A stretch of 32,564 bases of DNA from a virus (lineage: Duplodnaviria; Caudoviricetes): the IMG/VR virus record IMGVR_UViG_3300020392_000044, positions 1 through 32,564 of that record; one strand, 5' to 3'. Of this stretch, positions 9,480-18,397 are shown piece after piece (the first letter of the stretch is position 1; each line of letters begins with the position of its first letter). The notes below the pieces were generated by a model. That model made no database searches and was not told the DNA's origin. It saw only the letters and a program-made list of their open reading frames with translations. The translations under genes and the position numbers were made by a program.

Positions 9480-10379
9480 ATGATACCAGTAGAAGATAAT
9501 TGGTTACACATAAAGCCTGAATTTTATGAAGCATGTAACAACATAAACAATATCAGTTTTATTGACAATCTCATGACTTTTAGAAAGTTGGGTTTGTTCA
9601 AACTTTTACTGGATAAAAAGCACAACGGTTTATCAGGACACCCACAAGATTTTTTAGAATGTATTTTTGCTATTGCAGAGCAAGACGTAAACATTGCATA
9701 TGAATTTGGTAAGATAGGCAGTATGCCATTTCTTTTAGAACTTTTTTCGGAGCGGTGTGCAGACACAGTTTATCAGAATTCCGCAGATGAAATAATAGTT
9801 AAAACAAACACAGAGTCTCCGGACTATGCTGATTGGATTTTAAAAGAAGATAATGGCGAATATTTACTAGGAAGAAACACAAAAAATTTTAAGCCGGAGT
9901 ATAAACAGTCATTCCATGATCTGCTTAATCCAACACACAACAATTACATATATAAGTTAAGTTGGTTCCAATTATACAATCGTGTATTGGTATGCAGTCA
10001 TTTAGGGGGTCTACAAAGCATTATAAACGTCGCTATGCAACATAAAATAAGTTATGCTCTAATTGGGTATGCTTCACAAGATCTCGATGCTATGCGTCTT
10101 TTAATGCACAGAAATATCAATCATGCATTGTTACACTTAAAACACAATGAAGAAATACCTTTGTTTGATCGCACCAAATATAAATTACAATCTAGCATAG
10201 TGCCTGTCACAGTTTTCAAACATATCAATGATATTTTAAAAGTTTGCAATGATGATAAAATTAAAATGTTGTTGGATAATTTAGGAATGTTAGATATTGA
10301 GCACTTGGATTCTAATACCGATAGTGTTAATCACGTCGAACAATTAAAAGGTAACAGCATACCGGACCTATTCATCTAA
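9480..10379 (+). CDS. Divergent acyl-CoA-dehydrogenase-fold flavin monooxygenase homolog (HsaA-like), internally shortened
   Basis: FRKLGLFKLLLDKKHNGLSGHPQDFLECIFAIA resembles the ACAD/HsaA N-domain. YKLSWFQLYNR...LGGLQ and DLDAMRLLMHRN...EEIPLFDRTKYKLQ resemble the HsaA C-domain. It is 299 aa versus about 390 for typical members. Confidence 0.6.
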   Translation: MIPVEDNWLHIKPEFYEACNNINNISFIDNLMTFRKLGLFKLLLDKKHNGLSGHPQDFLECIFAIAEQDVNIAYEFGKIGSMPFLLELFSERCADTVYQNSADEIIVKTNTESPDYADWILKEDNGEYLLGRNTKNFKPEYKQSFHDLLNPTHNNYIYKLSWFQLYNRVLVCSHLGGLQSIINVAMQHKISYALIGYASQDLDAMRLLMHRNINHALLHLKHNEEIPLFDRTKYKLQSSIVPVTVFKHINDILKVCNDDKIKMLLDNLGMLDIEHLDSNTDSVNHVEQLKGNSIPDLFI

Positions 10380-10655
10380 TTCTATATCAGGTGAGTTATC
10401 AGGTATCATTTCCTGCGTCATAACATCTTTTTCTTTACTTCCAGATTTGGCTTTTATTAAGGCCTCAAATGATTCTAAAACTAAGGATGTATCAGTTATA
10501 GACATGTTCCATGCAGTTTCCCAAGGAATGGAGCCTTCAGTATAGATAACAAAGTCAGCAATGCCTTTGGTAATGTTTTCTGACTCTTCTGCTAAGGCTC
10601 CTAGATAGTCCCTAATTGTTTCAGGTTCTGCTCTACCTAGGAATTTAAGAAAAAA
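10368..10655 (-). CDS. Start-less ORF reached by -1 frameshift from the gp26-like gene; gp51-like hub/tail assembly chaperone domain
   Basis: 96-codon frame FFLKFLGRAEPETIRDYLGALAEESENITKGIADFVIYTEGSIPWETAWNMSITD...ELDE*. It begins at slippery T TTT TTC (10655-10649), is closed by a TGA just upstream, and has no early ATG. Absent from the ORF track. Confidence 0.65.
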   Translation of the reverse strand, partial: FFLKFLGRAEPETIRDYLGALAEESENITKGIADFVIYTEGSIPWETAWNMSITDTSLVLESFEALIKAKSGSKEKDVMTQEMIPDNSPDIELDE

Positions 10656-11479
10656 CCTACAGGATCAAAATTGATATCCGTTTTGAATTCATGATTACAA
10701 CTACTGCAAACAATTACCATTTCTTTTTCTACTCCACCATTATTGATTTCTGCTACAGCATCATTTAACTCTAAACCTATTTCTCTATCAACATTTCCTA
10801 CAAAGTCTGTAATTTGTTGCATATCTGTAACAACTTCACCATCTGGTATAGCAATACTCTGAATAGATTTGATGATAACTTCGTAATTCATGTTGCTGAG
10901 TTTTTCTAAAGCGGCACCAATTGCCTTTAATTGTTCATCGCTGTTACTAGGGTCTATATTTTGAAATGTTCTATTCTGTTCAATTACTGTTTTAGCACTT
11001 TGAATAGTGTGAACGTAATTAGTTGGCCTAAGTGTTGCAATTAATCCATTAGAAAGTGTAACTTCTGTTGATGCTGAAACTTCTTGAGCATTTGCTAATG
11101 CTACACCAAGATCTAAATTGGTTGTGATAAGTTCATTGCATTCTGGACAATTTCTATTAACTTCCATATATTTTTCTTTGGAACTTGCTTGACGTATTGC
11201 AATCAGTATTGCCTCCATATCTGGTGCTAATAGTTCTCCTGGATTTTTGACATTTGGTACACAACTTTTTACTAATTTAATTACAGCATCACCATTTAAA
11301 AGTGCATCTGGATTTTTTGTTAATAAATCATCTTTTGATGTCATAGGGTAAACAGGAAGTTCTCCAACTTCTGGCATTTCTACAATATCCGCAGGATAAT
11401 GACCTGTGCCGCTGGGTAATGCTACATACAATTTTGGATTTCTATAAAAATCTGCTAAAGGATTTGTGTTTTGTGTCAT
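10637..11479 (-). CDS. Baseplate hub assembly chaperone, gp26-like
   Basis: NPLADFYRNPKLYVALPS, PMTSKDDLLTKNPDALLNG, two CxxC motifs (CPEC, CSSC), and a C-terminal FDPVGFF. Confidence 0.7.
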   Translation of the reverse strand: MTQNTNPLADFYRNPKLYVALPSGTGHYPADIVEMPEVGELPVYPMTSKDDLLTKNPDALLNGDAVIKLVKSCVPNVKNPGELLAPDMEAILIAIRQASSKEKYMEVNRNCPECNELITTNLDLGVALANAQEVSASTEVTLSNGLIATLRPTNYVHTIQSAKTVIEQNRTFQNIDPSNSDEQLKAIGAALEKLSNMNYEVIIKSIQSIAIPDGEVVTDMQQITDFVGNVDREIGLELNDAVAEINNGGVEKEMVIVCSSCNHEFKTDINFDPVGFFLNS

Positions 11480-11512
11480 TTTATCTCCAATATGTGATGT
11501 TTTAATAAAAAC

Positions 11513-11520
11513 GATAAATA
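11513..11520 (+). promoter_or_regulatory. Late promoter (GATAAATA) for the tape measure gene
   Basis: Motif match upstream of 11594. Confidence 0.6.
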
Positions 11521-11553
11521 TTAACTATCGAACATCACTAAATTTGTTAGTGT

Positions 11554-11561
11554 TATTTATC
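11554..11561 (-). promoter_or_regulatory. Late promoter (GATAAATA) for the gp26-like gene
   Basis: tatttatc on the plus strand; upstream of the GGAG RBS at 11485-11488 (minus). Confidence 0.6.
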
Positions 11562-11593
11562 GATCATAAAATAGGTGTATTACAGGAATTGAA

Positions 11594-14491
11594 ATGGTAG
11601 ACATAGTAATTAATGGACCCGACGGACAAAGTACTGTTCCTAACGTGCCAGAGTGGGCGTCTGAAGCCACACAGAAAAACATTTCAAAAACCCTATCTGG
11701 ATTAGGCACTGGCATTGATAAAATTAAAGCATTGTTGGAATTACAAATTAGAGGCTTCAAATTAGACACTGAAGCCAGTAAAAAAGGCGATGCTGAAATT
11801 ATCAAACTCATGGAAACGTTGAATAAAACGGCCAAACTTGATGAAAAGAATAATAAAAGAGCCCAGGAGATAAACGAAAGTAATAAAAAAGGGTTAGATT
11901 TATTAGCAGATTTACAACAAGACGGTCTTAATCAACTTGTGAATCTTAACAGAACTACTAGTCAACAAAACAAAGACCTAGATAAGATACTAGGTGATCT
12001 CAACAATTCCAGTGACGGAATAATGAGTTTTGCTGGCGGAATGGGGAAAGGTCTTAATATATTTACTAGTGTTTTAGGTATAGCAGGCAAGGCCATCGGT
12101 GCATTTGGTACAGCAGTTTTGGGTGCAGTTACTTTTATAACAAGCCAATTCACAGATACATTTAAATTTTTAAATAACGGATTGAAAGATGGTACAGGCG
12201 GTATTATTGGATTAACCAAAAGTGTCGATAATGTTGCCATATCGGCAAACTTGGCAGGTATGAGTTTAGATGAGTTTGGCGAATTTGCGGCGGCAAACAG
12301 CAAAATTTTAAGAACATTAAGTGCTAGAGGATTTGCAGATTTATACACTAAAAGTTTATTAGCATCAGGCGGACTGTTAGATATAGGTATGACGGCCGAT
12401 GATGCAGTAGAAAGTGTTATGTCAGAATTAGAATTTAGACGTAGATTTGGATTGGTGCTTACATCAGAAACAACAAATTTACAAAGCAGTTTAATGGCAT
12501 CTGCTAGAGAATTAAGAATTTTTGCTAATGCTGTAGGTATGTCAGAAGCAGATCTAAGAGCACAATCAGAAGTAGCAGAAAATCACATAGATTTATTACA
12601 ATTACAAGCAATGAATATGGGACGTAATTCTGATGAAATTATTCGTAGCACACAAACATTATCAAGGCAGTTAGGTCTCGCTGGTATGGAGGAATTAATA
12701 AATCCATTATTTGAAGCAATTTCAAAAGGCAGTACAGGACTTTCTGACGAACTTATAGAGATAGGTAAAGTTGCTCCAGAACTATTAGAAGCGATCGAAG
12801 AAGAAGCGGCAAGTTTTGGGCAAACTGGTGTGTTGAATGCTAACTTAGGTAGAGAAATTTTTGATATTATGCGAAGTTTAGATAAAACTCAATTAGACGG
12901 TTTAGAAGCATTGGTTATTGCCGGTGATGCCGGAGCAATATCTTTGAATAATCTGCGTAAAAATATAAACAAACTTAGCAAAGAGCAAATTGAAGCAACT
13001 TTCGGTGACTTGGATGAAACCAGTTTATCATTGCTGGATACATTTAACCGATTCGGATTTATAGTCAATCAAGGTACTGCATCAATTGGCGATATGGGTA
13101 AAGTAGCAATACTAAGTGCATTAGGATTTGACCGAGCGGCAGATGGAACATTTGATTTCAACCAAGGTATTACTAATTTGGCAGAAAATATGCTCAACTT
13201 CACAGGAAACGTATTTGGAAAAAATTCAAACATGTACGATGCTGTGGAAAACTTTACTAATTATATGAAAGCAATGTTTGGTAGTGCTAGTGAAGATGAG
13301 TTAGAAGAAGCCAGAACAGCATTTACAGAGAGTATCAGTGGCCTAGGGCAACAAATAGGATTGGCAATTAATAGGGAAATACATGGAGGCACACTCAAAG
13401 ATACAATTAGTAATTTCTTCAAAGATATGTTTGAAAGTATAGTATTAGGCATATACAGAATGAGTGGCGGTACACTTATGGACGGTTTTGCACACGATAT
13501 CATGGCACAACGATTTATGACAGGCGAAATTTCTGCCTCAGAGATGAGCGAATTTGCAGGCGATCTTTCAGGTGCTGAACGACAAGCCATAACCGATAAC
13601 TTGATCAATGATAGAATTAGAGCAGACGCAGAAAAATTAAACATCACTGAATCTGACCTTGCAGATATTGTCTTGTTAGGCAAAAATAGATTTAACGCAG
13701 AAAGTGGTCACGGTAGTGTTAGGAAAGTTGTAAGACAGATGGAGGAAATGGCACCAGGCATAAATGAGACGTATAACAAATACTTCAACCGTCATGGTGA
13801 ATTTACAGGTACTGAAGACGACAAGGAAAACGAAGATTACAAATTAATGATAAAACAAATCAACGAACGTGGAAGACTGCTTCAAGATTTCAATAACTCA
13901 ATGAATGAGGAATTTTCAAGATTAAGTAAAGAATTAATAGCAGAGGACATTTCTTTCTTTAATGCCAGCGGCTATTCCAATGCTTTACAGAGAGCAAGAC
14001 ATTTTGTAATAAAAGAAGACTTTGATGAAGACAATGATTCAGTGCAAAATGCCAAACTACAAAATATAGCAAATATGACCTACGAAGGTGGTGCATTTAC
14101 TGACGAACAACTTAAGAATGCCAAAGCGAAAAAAATTGCAGATGCTCAAGCAAGAATTCTTGCCACAAAGTCAGAAATAACAGCATCTGGTGTATTTGAA
14201 AGTAGTTTTGTGAGAGGAGACGCACCAGATCAGGCTTATACGAGAAACAATGTCAGTTCAACATCTGTTTTGGGCGATATTCAAAAGAAATACAATGAGG
14301 TAATGAAGGATAATGTGTTAACCGCTTCTGAGAACCGCGACATCTCTAGCATGATAAATCAAATGCAAAGTGATTATGGAAATATGGGCGATGACGATAA
14401 AGAACTGTTGTTAAAACTAGAAGATTTAATAGCAGTTGTTAAGCAAAATTCAAATATCATCGTTGATAATACAATGGATGGTACTGACTAG
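11594..14491 (+). CDS. Putative tail tape measure protein
   Basis: 965 aa, helical and Ala/Gly/Leu-rich, with an N-terminal WASEAT motif and a hydrophobic segment (GIAGKAIGAFGTAVLGAV). Adjacent to the frameshifted chaperone gene. Confidence 0.65.
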   Translation: MVDIVINGPDGQSTVPNVPEWASEATQKNISKTLSGLGTGIDKIKALLELQIRGFKLDTEASKKGDAEIIKLMETLNKTAKLDEKNNKRAQEINESNKKGLDLLADLQQDGLNQLVNLNRTTSQQNKDLDKILGDLNNSSDGIMSFAGGMGKGLNIFTSVLGIAGKAIGAFGTAVLGAVTFITSQFTDTFKFLNNGLKDGTGGIIGLTKSVDNVAISANLAGMSLDEFGEFAAANSKILRTLSARGFADLYTKSLLASGGLLDIGMTADDAVESVMSELEFRRRFGLVLTSETTNLQSSLMASARELRIFANAVGMSEADLRAQSEVAENHIDLLQLQAMNMGRNSDEIIRSTQTLSRQLGLAGMEELINPLFEAISKGSTGLSDELIEIGKVAPELLEAIEEEAASFGQTGVLNANLGREIFDIMRSLDKTQLDGLEALVIAGDAGAISLNNLRKNINKLSKEQIEATFGDLDETSLSLLDTFNRFGFIVNQGTASIGDMGKVAILSALGFDRAADGTFDFNQGITNLAENMLNFTGNVFGKNSNMYDAVENFTNYMKAMFGSASEDELEEARTAFTESISGLGQQIGLAINREIHGGTLKDTISNFFKDMFESIVLGIYRMSGGTLMDGFAHDIMAQRFMTGEISASEMSEFAGDLSGAERQAITDNLINDRIRADAEKLNITESDLADIVLLGKNRFNAESGHGSVRKVVRQMEEMAPGINETYNKYFNRHGEFTGTEDDKENEDYKLMIKQINERGRLLQDFNNSMNEEFSRLSKELIAEDISFFNASGYSNALQRARHFVIKEDFDEDNDSVQNAKLQNIANMTYEGGAFTDEQLKNAKAKKIADAQARILATKSEITASGVFESSFVRGDAPDQAYTRNNVSSTSVLGDIQKKYNEVMKDNVLTASENRDISSMINQMQSDYGNMGDDDKELLLKLEDLIAVVKQNSNIIVDNTMDGTD

Positions 14492-14550
14492 TTTCTATGC
14501 CTAGCGAGTAAGTAACATTGCCATAACAATCATTCCGATTGACTTCAAGT

Positions 14551-14558
14551 GATAAATA
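14551..14558 (+). promoter_or_regulatory. Late promoter (GATAAATA) of the head operon
   Basis: Motif upstream of the portal gene. It is nested in a possible TTGACT-N17-TATTAT sigma70 site (14539-14567). Confidence 0.65.
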
Positions 14559-14584
14559 TAGTATTATAAACTTACGAGATCTAT

Positions 14585-16285
14585 ATGAGTTGGAAAAAAT
14601 ATTTTAATCCGGTTGATTTAAACAGCGGTTTACCGTCAGGTGTTAAAGGCAATGACGGTAAAGCAGGTATGTACGCAAGTAGATACAGCAGTTGGTTACC
14701 CGAAGTTTACAGTGGTTCCCCAGACAGAATCATGCGATACTATCAGTATGATGCTATGGATAGGGATCTTGAAATAAATGCCGCTTTAGATATTATTGCA
14801 GAATTTTGTACACAAGAAGAAGACACTAATTTACCATTCAAAGTCGAGTACAATGACACACCCAGCAATCCAGAAGTCAAAGTTATTCAGCAAAGTTTAC
14901 AGAAATGGTGCAAGTTAAATGAATTACCAAGACGCATATTTAAAATTTTCCGTAGCACATTAAAATACGGCGACCAACTATTCATAAGAGATCCAGAAAC
15001 TAAAAAACTATATTGGGTAGATCCGTATCAAGTAGAAAAAGTTTTAGTAAATGAAAGTAATGGTAAAAAGATAGAGCAATACTTTATTAAAAACCTAGAC
15101 TTGCACTTGAAAGATTTAGCCGCTACCAGTGTATCTGCTAATCAAGATAGACCATATGGTACTGGTGCAATAATGAGTGACTACACTAATCCGCAATCAA
15201 GTGCAGGATTTAAAAGCAGTAGTTCAGGATACGGACCAGACAGCAACAATGCAGTACCAATTGACGCTCAACATGTGTTACACATCAGCATGAGCGAGGG
15301 CATGGAAACAACTTGGCCTTTTGGTAATAGCATACTAGATCCAATATTTAAAGTTTACAAACAAAAAGAATTATTAGAAGATGCAATTATTATTTACAGA
15401 GTACACAGAGCACCTGAAAGACGTGTGTTCTTTATAGATGTAGGTAACATGCCGCCACACAAAGCACAACAATATTTAGAACGTGTTAGATATGAAGTAC
15501 AACAAAAACGTATTCCAAACAAAACAGGTGGTGGACAAAACATTGCAGACAGCAGTTACAATCCAATGAGTATGTTAGAAGATTACTTCTTTGCTCAAAC
15601 GGCAGATGGTAGAGGTAGTAAAGTTGACACACTACCGGGCGGTAGCAACCTTGGTGAAATTGATGACTTGAAGTTTTTCAATAATAAACTGATTAGAGGT
15701 TTGAGAATACCTAGCAGTTACTTGCCAACAGGACCAGATGATGGTTCAGCACCTTACAACGATGGTAAGGTAGGTGTTGCATACATACAGGAATATAGAT
15801 TCGCTAAGTATTGCGAAAGACTGCAAAGACAAATTATTAAAAGCATGAATGAAGAATTTAAAATTTATTTAAAAGCAAGTGGTGTTGAAGTAGACAACAG
15901 TTTATTTGATATATCATTTGCAGAACCACAAAACTTTAGTTCTTACAGAGAACTAGAATTAGATCAAGCAAGAACTCAATTGTTTGGAACATTAGAAGGT
16001 ATGCCATATCTATCTACACAATTCAAACTAATGAAGTACTTAGGTTTAACTGAAGACGAACTAAGACAAAACGAGTTATTGTGGGCAGAAGAAAATGCTG
16101 TAGATGTAGATGCAATGAGCGATACAACATCAGCAGACTTACGTCAAGTAGGTGTAAGACCGCAACCAGGCGGTGATGTAACTACTGCACCAATAGACAT
16201 GGGGCCAGTAGACACTCCCGATGCAGGTGGAGGCATAGACGCATTAGGTGAACTTGGTGACGAAGGCGGTAACTTAGGAGTATAA
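14585..16285 (+). CDS. gp20: Portal vertex protein (T4 gp20-like)
   Basis: LEDAIIIYRVHRAPERRVFFIDVGNMP, MLEDYFF and TLPGGSNLGEIDD are gp20 hallmarks. Confidence 0.93.
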   Translation: MSWKKYFNPVDLNSGLPSGVKGNDGKAGMYASRYSSWLPEVYSGSPDRIMRYYQYDAMDRDLEINAALDIIAEFCTQEEDTNLPFKVEYNDTPSNPEVKVIQQSLQKWCKLNELPRRIFKIFRSTLKYGDQLFIRDPETKKLYWVDPYQVEKVLVNESNGKKIEQYFIKNLDLHLKDLAATSVSANQDRPYGTGAIMSDYTNPQSSAGFKSSSSGYGPDSNNAVPIDAQHVLHISMSEGMETTWPFGNSILDPIFKVYKQKELLEDAIIIYRVHRAPERRVFFIDVGNMPPHKAQQYLERVRYEVQQKRIPNKTGGGQNIADSSYNPMSMLEDYFFAQTADGRGSKVDTLPGGSNLGEIDDLKFFNNKLIRGLRIPSSYLPTGPDDGSAPYNDGKVGVAYIQEYRFAKYCERLQRQIIKSMNEEFKIYLKASGVEVDNSLFDISFAEPQNFSSYRELELDQARTQLFGTLEGMPYLSTQFKLMKYLGLTEDELRQNELLWAEENAVDVDAMSDTTSADLRQVGVRPQPGGDVTTAPIDMGPVDTPDAGGGIDALGELGDEGGNLGV

Positions 16286-16286
16286 T

Positions 16287-16499
16287 ATGAAACTGAACGA
16301 ATTCTACGAGCCAGCAAAAGATACTGTACAGCAAAGGCATAAAACTGACACCAGAAAAAAGATGTTAAGTTTAGAAGAGTTAGGCAAATTAAGAAAAATA
16401 AGAGAACTTAAAAAAGCAGAAGCAGAAAGTCATAAACAACTTGCTTCTCTTATGTATGCTAAACCTTCGGATGCAGGCGGCGGTGGCGGCATAATATAA
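16287..16499 (+). CDS. Small hypothetical head-module protein
   Basis: 70 aa with an AGGAG RBS, directly after the portal gene; DTRKKMLSLEELGKLRK. Confidence 0.7.
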   Translation: MKLNEFYEPAKDTVQQRHKTDTRKKMLSLEELGKLRKIRELKKAEAESHKQLASLMYAKPSDAGGGGGII

Positions 16500-16502
16500 T
16501 TA

Positions 16503-17318
16503 ATGAAAACCCTTGTTGTTTGCGGTTGCAGTTGGAGTTGCCGCGATCCACTTTATCCTAATTTTGAATTCGGATTTTTAGTAGCAAAACATCTAGGCTA
16601 CAAATATATAAATTTAGCACGTTGTGGTATGAGTAACTTTGGTATTCGTACACAGATAGATTATGCACTAGAACACTTGAAGCCAGATTTAATGATCATT
16701 AATGCAACTGGTGTAAACAGATTTGAAATACTCAAAGACTTAGATAACAAATACGATCACAATAAAGCATACGACCAAATTTGCTTTGGCGATTTTGATT
16801 GGGATCATTTTGATCATGAAGATCATATCAATTATGGTAAAACATATGATCCGCAAATTTACAGCGATAGCATTTATACAATTATAACACAAGAAGCAAG
16901 ACGTTATCATCACATCGACGAAGAAAGATTACATGCATTAAAAGATTATGCTTATTATGTATTTGACGAAAACATCAAAGCACACAATGATTACTATGTG
17001 TTACAAAGTGGTTTACTTAGTATATTAAATCATAATGTGCCGTTTTTATTCTCCCCAAATACCTTCGAATTTAGTGAATTCGATAAAACGGGTTTGATAG
17101 AGGATCATCATCAAATAGGCAGTTTTAATTGGAACTTTGTTCCAGATAAATATATGTTGGATAATGGAGCAGGATACTATGCTCAATTTAATCCTGAACA
17201 CTTAGATGAGCAAGGAAACGAAACTACACATTACCCAGTAAGCAATCACAATAGTCCATACGCACATAAAAAGTATGCAGATCACATCATAGAGGCAGTA
17301 AATAGCAGGTTATTATAA
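16503..17318 (+). CDS. SGNH/GDSL-hydrolase-like protein
   Basis: Block I-like VVCGCSWS, block II NLARCGMSN, and C-terminal NHNSPYAHKKYAD. Confidence 0.55.
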   Translation: MKTLVVCGCSWSCRDPLYPNFEFGFLVAKHLGYKYINLARCGMSNFGIRTQIDYALEHLKPDLMIINATGVNRFEILKDLDNKYDHNKAYDQICFGDFDWDHFDHEDHINYGKTYDPQIYSDSIYTIITQEARRYHHIDEERLHALKDYAYYVFDENIKAHNDYYVLQSGLLSILNHNVPFLFSPNTFEFSEFDKTGLIEDHHQIGSFNWNFVPDKYMLDNGAGYYAQFNPEHLDEQGNETTHYPVSNHNSPYAHKKYADHIIEAVNSRLL

Positions 17319-17378
17319 CATGTTATTACTAAAATACCTCAAAAAAACACCGTTTTTTACATAAAACAGTACATTATT

Positions 17379-17386
17379 ATTAAATA
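17379..17386 (+). promoter_or_regulatory. Probable late promoter (ATTAAATA)
   Basis: TAAATA core upstream of the core/protease/scaffold/capsid genes. Confidence 0.5.
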
Positions 17387-17433
17387 CAATTACGATATAT
17401 CAGGTATAGCCTGAGTTTAAAGGAGAAATTACG

Positions 17434-18384
17434 ATGTCAGATAAAAGTGTTTTAGAACAAGTACTGGAACATCTTTTAGCAGAGGACGATGCACAAGCCA
17501 AGGACCTATTACATAGTTTCATGGTTGAGAAGTCCAGAGAGATCTATGAAGACCTCTTAGATAAAGATGCTCTAGAAGAAGCAATCGACAACGATGTTGT
17601 TGAAGAAGAATCTGAATCTGTAGATGAAGCAGAAGAAATTGACGAAGAAATGAAGGACAAAAAGTCTAAGAAAAAAGACCATAAAATGGATGAAGAAATG
17701 AAATCCAAAAAGTCTAAGAAAAAAGACGACGACATGGACGAGTCAGTAGAAACTGAAGAAGATGCTGTTGAAGAAACAGTAGCAGGTTCACCAAGCGAAG
17801 ACTTCTACGATGAAGTAGAAGCAGACGTTATAGCAGACGAATCAGGAGTCAACGAAGAAGAAGACGAAGATGAAATGGAACCAGAAATGGACATGGATTC
17901 CGAGGAAGACGAAGAAGTCGAAGACAGAGTTGATGATTTAGAAGCACAACTAGACGAATTAAAAGCAGAATTCGAAAAATTAATGGCAGATGATGATGAC
18001 GAAGAAAGAGACGATGCTGAAGATGATTTAGCAGACGAAATGGACATGCCAGAATCATTTGAAGAAGAAATTGATCTTGATGAAGAAGTTACAGACTCTG
18101 AGGAATTAGAAGAAGCAACAAACTTCAGCAAACCACAATCTGCTAAAAATGACTCAAGTGCTGATAACAGCGATTCACCAATGGGCAAAGGTATTCCAAA
18201 GAAAGAGAGTTTCGGCGCAGACGAAAGTCAACTTTTTGGAAAAGACGGAGCAGAAGGTAAACACGGAGACTCACCTAAAGATAATCCATCAAGTGATAAC
18301 ATAGGTGAAAAACCACAATCTGTTTCAGCACCAAAGGTAGATGCTGGTAAATCAGAGAGTCCTATAGCAGGAAAAGTCAAGTAA
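17434..18384 (+). CDS. Highly acidic prohead core / scaffold-associated protein
   Basis: D/E-rich 316 aa protein with an AAGGAG RBS, between portal and protease where T4 has its core proteins. Confidence 0.6.
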   Translation: MSDKSVLEQVLEHLLAEDDAQAKDLLHSFMVEKSREIYEDLLDKDALEEAIDNDVVEEESESVDEAEEIDEEMKDKKSKKKDHKMDEEMKSKKSKKKDDDMDESVETEEDAVEETVAGSPSEDFYDEVEADVIADESGVNEEEDEDEMEPEMDMDSEEDEEVEDRVDDLEAQLDELKAEFEKLMADDDDEERDDAEDDLADEMDMPESFEEEIDLDEEVTDSEELEEATNFSKPQSAKNDSSADNSDSPMGKGIPKKESFGADESQLFGKDGAEGKHGDSPKDNPSSDNIGEKPQSVSAPKVDAGKSESPIAGKVK

Positions 18385-18397
18385 TTAGGGAGAAGTA

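Noticed and set aside
14539-14567. Sigma70 promoter TTGACT-N17-TATTAT before the portal gene as a separate finding
   Set aside because: Plausible, but easily arises by chance in AT-rich DNA; the nested late motif is sufficient to explain expression.
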